From Rhizodiscina lignyota (taxonomy: Eukaryota), in contig ML978125.1 in the NCBI GenBank assembly GCA_010015805.1, forward strand, positions 1,550,001 through 1,614,000: a stretch of 64,000 nucleotides of DNA, read 5' to 3'. Positions 36,304 through 48,400 of the stretch are shown here, one piece after another. Position numbers and translations under genes: made by a program. The notes beneath the pieces were generated by a model. The model worked only from the letters and a program-made list of their open reading frames with translations, was not told the origin of the DNA and did no database searches. Position 1 is the first letter of the stretch. Each line of letters opens with the position of its first letter.

Positions 36304-37032
36304 TCACTGATCTCTCCCCCACATCTCCTTCCTCTTGACCCTATCCTCTCTGGCCCTTCTCTTCCTCGGGCCCCATTTCCTCTTAATCTCCTCTAGGCGA
36401 TCCGCCGCCTCCTGACCCGCCTCGACATTCTTGCACGTGATCGCAACGAAGAAACTACTGCAGTCAAACTTCTCCACGAGTTTCGCCCTCGTCCACGTCT
36501 TCGGGTCCTCTGCTCTTAGCCGTCTCATCTCGTCCACATCCGCCTGCGTGAGGTGGTACCGCTTCGCCGTCGGCGCTTTCAACGGCGGCGGCAGCTTCGT
36601 TTCGCCATCTGCTGCGGGAGGGTAGGACGTCACAGAGCGTCCGCTCGGTCGAGCGATTGGTGAGGTGCCAGATGGGTTATGATGTGAAGATTGTGCTGCG
36701 TCTGGCGATGTGGAGGCTAGAGAGTAGAGTCTGCGTCGCGGGTCGCTCTTCGGAAGGAACTTGAGCGGCGTATGATAGACGTTTGGTGCGGAGGAAGGCG
36801 GATTGAATATTATCTGTGCGCGCTGAGAGGATGATTGCGCGAATGAAGGCGCTGGAGGGAGACGGAGGCGTTTTATGAGACGGCGTCGTGAGGATTCATG
36901 ACGGACTTGGGTGTGCGATTGTGGATTTGCGAGAAGAGGCGCTGGACATTGGTATTTACATGGAAGGAAGGATGTGGATTTCGGCGATATCAGAGGCCGA
37001 AGGAGAGGCCGCGATATGCTTGTGGGCGGCAT
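36304..37032 (-). CDS. MRPL20: Mitochondrial ribosomal protein mL58 (MRP-L20 family)
   Basis: Presequence-like N-terminus, NPPSSAPNVYHTPLKFLPKSDPRR, and YHLT..DV.EMRRLR.EDP..WTR..L.EKF.CS..FV. Confidence 0.85.
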   Translation of the reverse strand: MPPTSISRPLLRPLISPKSTSFLPCKYQCPAPLLANPQSHTQVRHESSRRRLIKRLRLPPAPSFAQSSSQRAQIIFNPPSSAPNVYHTPLKFLPKSDPRRRLYSLASTSPDAAQSSHHNPSGTSPIARPSGRSVTSYPPAADGETKLPPPLKAPTAKRYHLTQADVDEMRRLRAEDPKTWTRAKLVEKFDCSSFFVAITCKNVEAGQEAADRLEEIKRKWGPRKRRAREDRVKRKEMWGRDQ

Positions 37033-37862
37033 TGTGTGGAAATGCTGAAGGAGAGGAGATTTGGAGCTTTTCTCGGGGACTCTTGATATTGCCAAGCACG
37101 GAAGGTAGCGACTTTTGAGAACGTGCCACAACGGCGGACTTGGCTCTTGCAGTAGATAAATACCCATGCAAGCAACAAGAAGCGGCGGCCTACGAGAACA
37201 TCAAGGACGATCCAGCATTCAAGGCGAATGCGCTACCCATGGAATCATCAAAGCGGAGAGCAAACTAAACGCATACGTCGCTCCGTTGAATGACCGCATC
37301 ACCAGAATATGATTAACAGCATCACATACGACATGAGCAACAGTATCACTATGCCATGGGGCTCGTAATCGTCGGTTCGTGGAGTGGTACCATCGTCTTT
37401 TGCTAATGCTCCGAATCAACCGCCGTGCTTGGACGCGCTGATCGAACCAGACGGTACAGCTGTTGTGCAGCCATGGTGGAAAAAGCCAATGTTGTTGCGC
37501 AAGTCTCCCTGTACTGCTTTTTATATTGATGGTGTAGGTGGCGGCTTCTAAAAACATGCCACAACGGCGGGCTACAGCTTTCATGTCCTCTCTCCTCGTT
37601 CCATGTCCTATGCACTCGAAGGGTGAAGAGGCCGTGTCAAAGGAACGAGCCATTTAGCGAATTGCAATTTTCTAGGATGGGGGTGCAATAGTGGCATCCG
37701 CTCTATCAAAGTCTAAGTTCGAATGACTTCTATTTAACGTTCTCTATTTCGTGGCTATTCTGTCTATCAATTTCGGCTCTCATTTTCCGTAAGTAATGAT
37801 GAATTACCGATCTGATATTCATTCTAACCTCCTCCTATGCAATCATCCTCCATGAGTTCTCC

Positions 37863-38963
37863 ATGACGTCTCGTGATTACAAGTTTCAAGGCTGGCTGGG
37901 CTTCTCCGCAGACTCCGTCAATGGCAACCTCAGGTGGTCCACTTACACTCCCAAGCCCTGGGAAGAAACCGACATCGATATCAAAGTTACGCACTGCGGC
38001 GTCTGTGCCACAGATATTTCGACACTTCGCAGTGGCTGGGCACCTGTCGACTACCCACAATGCGTAGGACATGAGGTCGTTGGTACAGTGGTGCGACTCG
38101 GTAGCAAAGCCTCACCAAACTCCCCTTTAAGCTTGGGCGATCGTGTGGGTGTTGGAGCTCAAAGTAGCAGCTGCATGGCTTCAGATTGCGAGGAGTGCAG
38201 TGGAAAGCCGAGCTACGAGAATCAATGTCAGAACTTCGTTGGGACATATAATGGCGTCTTCAAAGATGGCACTAAGAGCTTCGGAGGCTACTCTGACTAC
38301 ATCCGCATTCCCGGCCGTTTCGTCATCAAGATTCCAGATGGATTGGAAAGCATGCACGCTGCGCCGATGCTCTGCGCGGGCATCACGGTATACAGTCCGC
38401 TGAAGAATTTCGGCTCCGGACCCGGGAAAAAGGTCGGCATTGTGGGTGTTGGAGGGCTGGGCCATTTTGGATTGCTGTTTGCGAAGGCGCTAGGTGCAGA
38501 GAAAATTGTTGCAATTTCGAGGTCAAGCGCGAAGAGGAAGAATTGCGAGGAGATGGGTGCTGATGGGTTCATCGCCACTGACGAGGAGCCAGACTGGGCT
38601 GCGAAGAACGAACGAACACTGGACCTTATTGTCTCTACCGTAAGCTCACCGAAAATGCCGCTCGAGGGGTATCTGCAAATGCTGCGGCCACGAGGGACGT
38701 TCGTTCAAGTGGGCTCGCCAGAGGACAAGCTACCTGCAATCAGCGCTGGATCGTTGATTGTCAAGGGAGCCAGGATGGCCGGAAGTGTTATTGGTCCGCC
38801 GTGGGAGATAGAAGAGATGTTGAAGTTGGCAGTGGAGAAACACGTGAGAGGGTGGGTGCAGCCCAGAGGGCTGATGGAGGCAAATGAAGCGCTTGTAGAC
38901 ATGAAAGACGGCAAAGCGCGGTATAGATATGTTTTGGTCAACGAGAAGCATTTGCACGAATAG
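37863..38963 (+). CDS. Zn-dependent NADP(H) alcohol dehydrogenase, cinnamyl-alcohol dehydrogenase/Adh6-like
   Basis: CGVCATD, GHEVVG, structural-Zn Cys cluster, APMLCAGITVYSPL, GVGGLGH, ISRSSAK, ARYRYVL. Confidence 0.93.
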   Translation: MTSRDYKFQGWLGFSADSVNGNLRWSTYTPKPWEETDIDIKVTHCGVCATDISTLRSGWAPVDYPQCVGHEVVGTVVRLGSKASPNSPLSLGDRVGVGAQSSSCMASDCEECSGKPSYENQCQNFVGTYNGVFKDGTKSFGGYSDYIRIPGRFVIKIPDGLESMHAAPMLCAGITVYSPLKNFGSGPGKKVGIVGVGGLGHFGLLFAKALGAEKIVAISRSSAKRKNCEEMGADGFIATDEEPDWAAKNERTLDLIVSTVSSPKMPLEGYLQMLRPRGTFVQVGSPEDKLPAISAGSLIVKGARMAGSVIGPPWEIEEMLKLAVEKHVRGWVQPRGLMEANEALVDMKDGKARYRYVLVNEKHLHE

Positions 38964-39045
38964 ATTTAGCGTATGCTTCCAATTCTCAATGACAGAAGCG
39001 TCTGATGTTAGGAAATCAGTATCTTCTTCCTTTTTTCGAACCTAA

Positions 39046-39894
39046 TCATAGCAACCCCTTTCCAAAACTTGGTCGTTTACTGCGGGGGCTCCAATCGTCA
39101 ATGCTCGGCTCATTCAGCGCGCCACGTATAGCGCGTCCCAACTTTGCCTCGAGGAACCTGACTCTGAGTTCCATTTCTGCAACAGGGGTTTCACAACCTC
39201 GCAGACCCATAAACTTGCCCAATTTGCGGCGTTTGATGCATACCCGTTCTTTTGTCGTGAGAGCCTTCGGAGTCACAGGATAAGGTGGGTCTGCCTCTGG
39301 CATTGCTGTTCCTACGATTGGCGGATGACGGTGGCGACGATGATTGCTGCCAGTGTTATGGTCTCCAAATGTTGACTGCGGGGATGATAAAGTCTCGGAT
39401 GCCGCCTCACTTGTTGTCAGAGATGAAAACTCGGCGCACGTAGAGGAAATTTGATTCGGCGTTGAAGCACAGGAATTCGAGTTCAGAGAATCTTGTCTGC
39501 CCGAGCCAAACTGAACTAGCCAATCTTCATCCCACGGCATGAGCTGCGGGCTGATCACATCTGGTTTGGCTAAGAACTCCTTATCCCAACCCATCGGAGC
39601 TGGATATTTGTTGGTGTATTTATTTGGAGTGCTTTGTCCATAGTAGTGTGCGATCGAATCCAGTTCATCCTCGGTTAGAAGTAGCCAGTGAATGATAGTT
39701 TTAGGAAATTTTGGATGTGGTGCCCCACCAATAGGCTGAGGATATAATGGGTGCAGTCTTGACTTGAGCAGGTCAATGGTTGACTTGAGCTCCTTTCGCT
39801 TCGAGATTTTGGATTGCGAATCAGTTCTCAACGGGAGACGCAGGCGCGCTATTCGACGTCGGAGATTCGGATCATTTCGCGAATTAGGAGCCAT
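39046..39894 (-). CDS. Conserved fungal hypothetical protein
   Basis: Long ORF with blocks HPKFPKTIIHWLLLTEDELDSIAHYYGQSTP..YP.PM.W and KRRKLGKFMGLRGCETP that I recognise from uncharacterised fungal proteins. Confidence 0.7.
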   Translation of the reverse strand: MAPNSRNDPNLRRRIARLRLPLRTDSQSKISKRKELKSTIDLLKSRLHPLYPQPIGGAPHPKFPKTIIHWLLLTEDELDSIAHYYGQSTPNKYTNKYPAPMGWDKEFLAKPDVISPQLMPWDEDWLVQFGSGRQDSLNSNSCASTPNQISSTCAEFSSLTTSEAASETLSSPQSTFGDHNTGSNHRRHRHPPIVGTAMPEADPPYPVTPKALTTKERVCIKRRKLGKFMGLRGCETPVAEMELRVRFLEAKLGRAIRGALNEPSIDDWSPRSKRPSFGKGLL

Positions 39895-40083
39895 TTGAAA
39901 GAAATTAGTGCGATCAATGCCGTTGCAGTGATTTAGAAAGGGGTTCTCGTCGCGGGAAGCGGCTAAGTTTGACAAAAATAGTAATGCAGAATATAAGATG
40001 TCGTAAAGAGCTCATCCACGGTAGCGCGGTCTGTATGCTTTGAAGCAGTTGCAAACTAAGGCAAGTGAAACATATGATAGTGA

Positions 40084-40329
40084 AATTGTGATCGAAGAGA
40101 ATTAGAGAGTACGGAATACAAACGTATTGCGAAAGACATTGTGATCTAGCAATCTATTGTGGCCAACGATTGGGCAACAAAAAGCTATTGTCATCGGTCT
40201 TTGTTGGCGCCTTGAGTCCCTTTCTATTGTGTTTGTCTTTCATTGTCAATTATGTCGCCGCGTGACGGCAACAAAGCATGTTGCTTTTGAAATAGCAACG
40301 ACGTGTTTGTGACCTTGATTGTCTTTGTT
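40084..40329. promoter_or_regulatory. Cluster of HMG-box-type (A/T)TTGT sites in a divergent promoter
   Basis: About 14 WTTGT/ACAAW cores, including CTATTGT three times, TCTTTGTT twice, CATTGT twice and AACAAAG. Confidence 0.5.
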
Positions 40330-40682
40330 TTGAGAACTGTGAACCTTCTGGTCGCAAGGCGGCGATGGGGTGTTCGCGTGGCAGCCGGTGAAGCATATTG
40401 TTGAAGTCAGACAGACGGAACGGCTGGGTGGCACCTGGTGGCTGGATAAAGGGAGAGGTTGTGGGAAAACTTCGCCCCGCGGTCTCCGCAACGGAACAAC
40501 ACACCACACTTTCGACAACAACTCCCGTCTCCTGGGCTCACATCTTCGTTGCAAGCTTTCGCGAGAACAGGTGAGTGATAGTCCTCGAGTTGGTCACTGG
40601 ATATTCTAAATGTTCCATCAAGCCATAGACTGACTGAAACTTCCTATAGTCTACCAATCCCGAGCGCTACGCCGTCACAAAC

Positions 40683-41135
40683 ATGCCTCGTCCTGCCATT
40701 GACCTTGAGCCATACAAAGAGACCATCATAGGTCTATACGAAGGCGGCGTCTCTCTTGAGCAAATATCACACTACGTCGCTGTAGAATTCGACGTTCCGA
40801 ATATCAATCCTCGTACCGTACGCCGGCGTCTTCAGCATGAGTGGGCAGGAGAGTTCACTCCACATCGTGCAAAGACAATCGATAGCCCCGAGCTCAGGGC
40901 ACGCATCAAGCAGCTCTTCAATGGAGAAGACGTAACGACTGGGAAGAGAGCAGGTGCAGGGTTGAGTGATGAGAGAATCATCGAGGCATTGGAGGCCGAA
41001 GGTTTCGAGATTGGCCTGTGCGGATTGATTAAGATTCGGAAAGACGAGGGCTTGATCAGGAGAGGGAAGGGAGACGGTGAGGCTTGGGAGAAGGAAAAGG
41101 GCGTGGCTTTTGGGCAAGAGGGGGATAGCTCTTGA
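40683..41135 (+). CDS. Clr5-domain / tandem HTH small protein, with 5'UTR intron 40571-40649
   Basis: IDLEPYKETIIGLY..G.SL.QI...RTVRRRL..W, then a second helical repeat (LSDERII..LE.EGF.IG...L.KIRK..GL.RR). Confidence 0.75.
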   Translation: MPRPAIDLEPYKETIIGLYEGGVSLEQISHYVAVEFDVPNINPRTVRRRLQHEWAGEFTPHRAKTIDSPELRARIKQLFNGEDVTTGKRAGAGLSDERIIEALEAEGFEIGLCGLIKIRKDEGLIRRGKGDGEAWEKEKGVAFGQEGDSS

Positions 41136-41510
41136 CCTTATACGGCGTCTCCGCGGAATGCCCTACCACGAACGAATACCTATTGACGGATATCACTTCT
41201 CAGTAGACGAAGGTGTTCTCTTCTCACTCTTCAAACTGGGTAATTCTCCATCCCAATCCAATAACGCGCATCGGGGATGTGCAGGATGTGTGTGCATTCT
41301 GTTGACGAATTACGAAAAAGCTAACATGGAAGGACTTTACTGGGCTGCGACACTGAAACATATCAGTATGAAAGCAAGGTTGCAAAAAAGAGTCAGTAAT
41401 ACGAAGAAGAGGTTAACTATCGAAGAGCAAAATCGTCTCCCAAATAAACCATCTAGCTTATCGCCCATTCCAGTCTCCAACATGTATATATGAAAGCATT
41501 GCCACCTAAT

Positions 41511-42685
41511 CTATGTCTGTTCTCCAACAAAGCCGTCCTCTACTATTTGAATCAGCTTGTCAAGCCTGCGACAATGTATTAGCTACCAATTTCCGCCGAA
41601 ACACGTCTAGGTCTTTATTAAATGACTCACCTGCTGATACAGAGATCCGTGTGCTCATGATCCGCCAAATGCTCGTTAGCAGGGTTCACCAGCAGTACTG
41701 TCGCAGCACCAGCGCGACGCCCTGCCGTCATATCATCGATGCTATCACCAACCATGATGATCGGCAGTTCAAGTGTTTCGGATGCTGCTGCTTCCTGTGG
41801 CGATGGAGCAAGACCCCATGATGATGCGATATGCAATATACCTGCTGGGTCTGGTTTTGGCGGACGGAAATCCCGTGTGATGATGGGTAAGAATGTGTGA
41901 TTGGGAAGGAATGTCTCAAGGAGGTGAGTTACGGGTGTGCTGGGACACCATTTTCAGCACTTTGGCGCTCTCAGACAAGTTGCAGAATTTCACATACTCG
42001 AAGTTTCGCGTGCAAATGCCCTTCGGTATTCCTCGCGAGTCGAGATAGTCCATTAGTTGGAGTAAGCCAGGCTGTGGTGCCTGCACAATCATGGCCCGGC
42101 GCTCGATCGCGCGGATTGATTCCATAGCTGCTCCTTGTTCCGAAGTCGGAAGTGCATATATGTGATCGAGGATGTCAATGCTCTTAGGTATGTTAAGAGC
42201 AGCCCTGAAAACTATTAGTAGAGTTTATCAACGCTCATGAAATTTGTGGAACATACCTCATCTCAGCGAACATATAGTTCTGAGGCTCGCCTTCTTCCAT
42301 CAGTTGGTCAATGTCACTATGCTGAAAATACTAGAACTGGGAGTCGAAGATTGAGAGGTAGGTGCATCAACATATGACGCGATGCAGGCTATCAACCTAG
42401 CAGTGCAGAGAAGAGCTTGAAATGGATCTCTTTAGATGGAGCATTTCACGATCTAGAAAATGTACACGTACATAAAGTGCCATCAACATCAAAAACTACT
42501 CCTTTCAGCTTCATGGTATCTGCTGAAGACTGCTTTTCTGGATCCAGAGGCGCGAATCGACGTGGTTGAGAGGTCCTGTCCATCTTAGTTGACTGAAAGC
42601 GAAAAGCATGACAGATTGATATTCTTTGGAACAAAGGACGTGAAAGGTGGACGGAGCTGGTCAACAGACTGCGTTTAGCGGGCAT
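41511..42685 (-). CDS. HAD-superfamily hydrolase (YOR131C-like), 5 exons; second in-frame ATG at 42583
   Basis: Spliced motifs VVFDVDGTLC|EPQNYMFAEMR|..ICTRNF|..ITRDFRPPKPDPAGILHIA..MVGDSIDDMTAG|LDKLIQIVEDGFVGEQT*. Confidence 0.9.
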
Positions 42686-42940
42686 CGAAGATGTAAAATG
42701 GAGTATTGCGCATCGCGGTTTTGTAAGATCTGAGCAGCCTCACTCCCGTCCGAAATCGGCAGGGATGATACCTCCAGAGCTGGACTTCCATTACTTCAGT
42801 GGGATGGCTGTTGTCGGCACCTGTCTAGCAATTTCGATTTTGCGAATACAAAGTATTGATTGAAGCGAACGTAGGAGTGAATCGAGCGCTATTCATTCAA
42901 TTCCAATACTCCAAGAAAGAGCATCAACCAATCTATCCCA

Positions 42941-43846
42941 TCAGACGTTCTGCCACGGCTCAACCGACCTAACCTTGCACTTCGCGCTGTCATTGTGCTC
43001 GTGCCATATACAATCTATGCCTCGCCTGTAATCCACCAAACCATTCTTGTGGCAGTCAATCAGCGCCGTGCAAAAGTCCACCGCAACCTCCCCACCACCG
43101 CTGATCATCTCCTTAATACTCTGGCTCATGTCGCCCTCACAAACTGCCCTGTAAGCTGCCGTGCCGACTAAAAATCTCCGCATTGAGCATGGCCGATTCG
43201 TGTTCGTGTACAGATACTCCAGCCGATATGCTGGTGCGGTCATGTTGGCTGTCCTGTAGTACATGCGCACCATGTCCATCACCTCGTTGCACAGGCGTTC
43301 AATATTGAATCGAAGCGCGAGAACATAGAGTGCGAGGTAGTGCTGCATGGTGTGATAGCTGCTAGGCCCGTTGAGCATTGCCCCGTAAAGCCAACGTACG
43401 AAGAGTGCGAAGGCGAATTCATCAAGGTCCGGAAATGACATTGGCGTGGGCTCAGTATTCGGAGGTTGACTGGCAAATATGGAGCGGAAGTATGGAGAGC
43501 GGTTGGTGAGCAGGTCGGTATGGGCATAGAACTGTTTGGCTGTTTGGCCAACACGAAGTTCTGTTACCGACGCGCCTGGGATACTAAAAGACGTCCGTTA
43601 ATATGGGCTTGATGCTGAAGATTTAAGGCGAATTCAAACTCACTTTGCATTTGTTGGAATAGGGTTGGGCGTTATTGCTCCAGATCTCTTGTTGTATGAA
43701 GCTTGTCGGGTATTTGGAGGTCGGCTTGGAACAGGAGCTATAAGTGCATCAACTGCAGGTGAAGGAGGGGGGATATCTGAATCCGAGACTGATCGGATAT
43801 GGCCTGGCCGTTCAGGGAGCTGGATTGTAGGGGTTGCCAAGTCCAT
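42941..43846 (-). CDS. BTB/POZ-domain protein; join(43846..43644,43583..42941)
   Basis: LRVGQTAKQFYAHTDLLTNRSPYF, FPDLDEFAFALFVRWLY, LYVLALRFNIERLCNEVMD. Confidence 0.85.
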
Positions 43847-44243
43847 TGGGATGAGGATAATTGTGAAAGCCTGTACAGTTGATCCAATATCGGACTAGGA
43901 GGTTTAATATAGGTAGGAAACGATGAAAAGGGGTTTCGAAGCCGTGGATAGCATGAATCAGAATGAAGCAGAATATATTTACGAGACGAGAGATGCTGGC
44001 TGAGCGCATGTGCACCTGCCTTAATGATATTGTCGAATTTCCAGTCACCGACGGAAGTTGCAATTGAGATGATAGAAGTGGAAGCGAGAGCCACACGCGT
44101 CTCCATCGATCATTATTTTTGATTGGAATCGTAAAGTAGAAGACAACCAAGAAGGTATCTTGAAGGCAATCTGAGAATGACCCCATACCATGGCCTCTTC
44201 GACGCCAGCCGCTATGATGTACACTATAAATCCATTCCCGCCC

Positions 44244-45096
44244 CTAAATGAGATGCTTCGACCTGTCGAATCTTGATCAGCAACAATTCTGGAATCTACA
44301 TTTCGATGAATAGTGACTAACCTAAAGTACGCCCGAAGGTAAATGATTTGCCAAGTACCCAAACTAACCAGCATTCCCATTGTGCCCAGCGCGAACCATT
44401 TTACGCGCTCATTTGTACTCTCGTTTGTATCACGCAGCTTCTGTTCTCGTCCCCTGAGATAGTCCATCTCGGAGACGATCTCGGCGACTACTTCTTCAAT
44501 TCGGCGCAGTTCGGTCTCGACAGGCTTGAGCTTCTCGCCAGCTTGTATCGCTGACCAGTCCTTCGCGTCAGCACCGATATCGATGTCGAGCTCAACGTGG
44601 CGTTGCATTGGGTTTGAAGTCGCATGTTCTGCGAGGGAATGCTATCAGTGCTTTCGTTCGCTATACGTGGAGCGCTTCGCGGGACGTACGCGCTGTGAGA
44701 ATATTCTCAAAGCACACATCAAACGCAGAATCCGCGTGAGAAGTAAAGGCATATCTGTTCTCGCCTGTGACATCCTTTGGCTTGCCATACTCGTTACCGA
44801 CGGCGTCCTTGATCTGCGCATTCCCTTACAGTTAGCTACTCTGCCGCTATGCGCAGACTCTTCGGATACAAATCCCAACTTACGTGCATATTGAGCGTCT
44901 GGCCATCTCCTCTCTCGCCGTCGATGATTGTTGCCACAACCACCAGCTGGTCCTTGGCCACGAAATTTCGTATGCAACGCTCATGCTTCGCGGACTCGTG
45001 TCCTGGGTGCGCCAGGATGTCGAACTTCAGGGCGAAGGAGAAAGGTATAAACAGGCAAAGGAGCAAGAAGCTCAAGGAATGCCTTAAGCGTTCCAT
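44244..45096 (-). CDS. ERV25: p24-delta ER-Golgi cargo receptor, 4 exons
   Basis: Signal peptide then ALKFD, GOLD-domain Cys pair, [29 protein letters not shown], and tail YFR|SKHLI*. Confidence 0.93.
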
Positions 45097-45476
45097 GGTC
45101 TCTGTTGTTGTGGATAATAGGGGAGCTCGCGCGACCTCTGGCTTGAAGCTCTTTCGTGTCCTCACTTTCACTCCAAATTCGGGCGCTTAGCCTAAAAGGG
45201 CCTTAGCACCACCAAAGTGATGTGCACCTGCACCTCGTAAATATTCAATCGCGCTGGAAACTATCAGCCGCACAACCTCAAAATCTACATCTTCGGAGGG
45301 ATTGCGTCTTTTCCATCTCTGTAAGGCTCTATTATCTACATTGCGATCTAATATTTCTATTTTATGCCAGCTTTAGGGCTCTCTGCAAATTAGGTACTCT
45401 AGGCTCGCACCCCAACACCTCGATGTCCATCGAGCTTCACACGATCTCCCATCAGTAATATTGGCGATCTTCCACC

Positions 45477-48400
45477 ATGGGGAAAAGGGGACGTGGAAAG
45501 GTAAGCCTCCTTGGCTGCCGGTAACAAGCGCAATTGCTCATGCTCTCATAGTTTCGAGGCGGAGGTGGTAGAGGTGGAGGACGTGGTGGAGGACAGTGGT
45601 CAACTCGCCCCGCGCATTACCCAGAGCTCCAGAAGAAGAACGACACACTCGAGAAATACTACGATGAGCTTGGTATTGTGCCACTGGATGAAAGAGACGA
45701 GTTCTGGGAGTGTTTAAGAAGGGAACTACCGAACAGCTTTCGCTTCTGTGGATCAAAGGGCCATGCACTCGCTGTACAAGAACGACTCATCAATCACTAC
45801 ATCCCTCAAATAACCTCTGTCGAGTACAACGAGGAGCTCGTCGACCCTCCAAAACAAATCGAATGGTTCCCCGGCAAGCTCGCATGGCAAATGACGACAC
45901 CGAAAAATGTCGTGCGCAAATTTCCGCCCTTCCGCTCGTTTCAAAATTTCCTAGTCTCGGAGACAGCAGTTGGAAACATAAGCAGGCAGGAAATAGTGAG
46001 CATGGTGCCGCCTCTCTTCATGGACATCAAGCCGGGCATGACAGTCTTGGACATGTGTGCAGCGCCGGGGAGCAAGACGGCTCAGTTGATTGAGATGATA
46101 CACGGTGGGGAGGAAGCAAGAGCCAGAAAGGTGTTGAAGAATATAGCCAAGCAAGAAGGCCGAGAGCTCAGTCCGGACGGGATGGAAATTGAGCTCGAAA
46201 AGGAGGAAGCTGAAACCGAGGATGACTACTCGGACGACGGCCGATCAACAGGGCTATTGGTCGCCAACGATGTCGAGTACAGGCGCGCTCAGATGTTGGT
46301 GCATCAGGTCAAACGGCTGAACTCTCCCAATATCGTGGTTATGAATCATGACGCGACAATGTTCCCATCCATCAAAATCGTTCAGGGATCTGACGGCAGG
46401 CCTGGAAGGTATCTGAAGTTCGACCGTATTCTCGCTGATGTGCCGTGCTCTGGTGACGGCACTGCGCGCAAAAACCCGAATATCTGGAAAGACTGGGTAC
46501 CAGGCAATGGTATAGGCCTACACACCATTCAAGTTCGCATTCTCGTCCGAGCTTTGCAGATGCTCAAAGTTGGCGGTCGAGTTGTATACTCCACCTGCAG
46601 CTTAAACCCGATTGAGAATGAGGCGGTGGTTGCATCAGCCATTGAGCGATGTGGTGGGACTGAGAAGGTGCAGATCATTGACTGCAGTAAGGACATAGCA
46701 GGCCTGCAGAGAAGACCTGGAATGCAATCGTGGAAAGTAATGGACAGGAACTTGAAGTTCTGGACATGGGACGAGCTCGACCGGGCAAGGGAATCGACGG
46801 TGCCTGAAGGCGCTGAAAAGCTTACGGAAAGTCACTTCCCACCTTCCGAAGACCAACAGATACGGCTTGAGCGGTGTATGAGGGTCTACCCGCACCTGCA
46901 AGATACTGGCGGCTTCTTCATCTGTGTACTAGAGAAGCAGACTGAAATCCGAGCGAAACCGGAGAATGAGACCAAAAAGGCTCAGCCTAGCAGTGTAGCA
47001 GTGGCAGTCGTGGACGAGATCGAGGCCAGAGCGGAGAACGGCGAGGATATGTCGAAGCTACCGAAACTGGAATCCCTGGAAGAGATTATGCCGTACGAAA
47101 ACACATCCATAGATCAAGGGAATGCGCCGGCCGCCGCACGCCAAAATAGAGCTAACACTCCTGGTCAAGATACTCGAGAGAGTCCTATCCTCAAACGCAA
47201 GGTTGAGGATGATCCCGAAACAGGTGAACCGGTGAAGAAATTCAAGTTTGAGGATCCTCGTATGGAACATTTCCCGCCGCCACCATCTGTCCAACTGCTG
47301 GAAAATGGCGAGGCGAATGGCCAAGTCTCCACCGCTCATGAATTTGTTTCGAAGAAGAAATCGAATCAACCATACGAAGAGCCTTTCAAGTATCTCGACC
47401 CATCCAATCCGGTGCTTGAAGATATCTTCAAGTTCTATCAGCTTCCCGAACGCTTCCCTCGCGATCGCTTTATGGTCCGCAATGCCGATGGCCTGCCTGT
47501 CAAGGCTATTTACTATACAGCAGTCCTCCCCCGCACGATCCTTCAGCTTAACGAAGGTAAGGGCATGAAATTTGTCCATGGTGGCGTAAAGATGTTTGTC
47601 AAGCAGGATGCGCAAGGGCAAGATATCTGCAGATGGCGCATCCAAAGCGAGGGCCTGCCAATCATAGAAGGCTGGGTCGGCGAAGAGCGAGTAGTGAGAT
47701 GCTGGAAGAGAACGACGCTGCACAAGATGCTGAAAGAGATGTTTCCAAAGGTAGCTCAGGATGGCTGGAAGGATTTGGGCGAGATTGGTGATCCAGTGAG
47801 GGATCTAGGTATGGGGTGTTGCGTGTTGAGGGTTGAGCGGTCCGACGAAGAAGATGGATTCAAGTGAGTTGGCATCTCCAAATTCCGTCGAGTTGAATTT
47901 GACGCATTACAGAGAGCGCATGGCGCTGCCCATGTGGAAGAGTATGGCCTCTGTAAACCTGATGATGCCGAAAGAAGAGCGGAAAGCCATGCTCCTCCGC
48001 CTGTTCAACGACTCCTCAGAGCTCATAGACCACAGCCAGATTATCAAGGCTCCACGATCCTCACCTGGCAAGACAAACGGAGCGGCGAGCAGCAAGAGCC
48101 AATCTACACGAATACGAAATTCTTCGTCGCCTGACCCAGAGGGTGACAACATCGTCCCTGCTGACAATGATACTGAAAGAGCGCAAAATACATCTCCTCA
48201 AGAGTACCCCGAACCCGTTGCAGCAGCTGACAATGATACTGAGAGAGCGCGGAATACATCTCTTCAAGAGTACCCAGAACCCGTTGCAGCAGCTGACAAT
48301 GATACGGAGAGAGCGCGGAATACATCTCTTCAAGCGTACCCCGAACCCGTTGCAGCAGATGGTGCAGAAGGTCTGAAAGTCATATCTGCGGATGACGATG

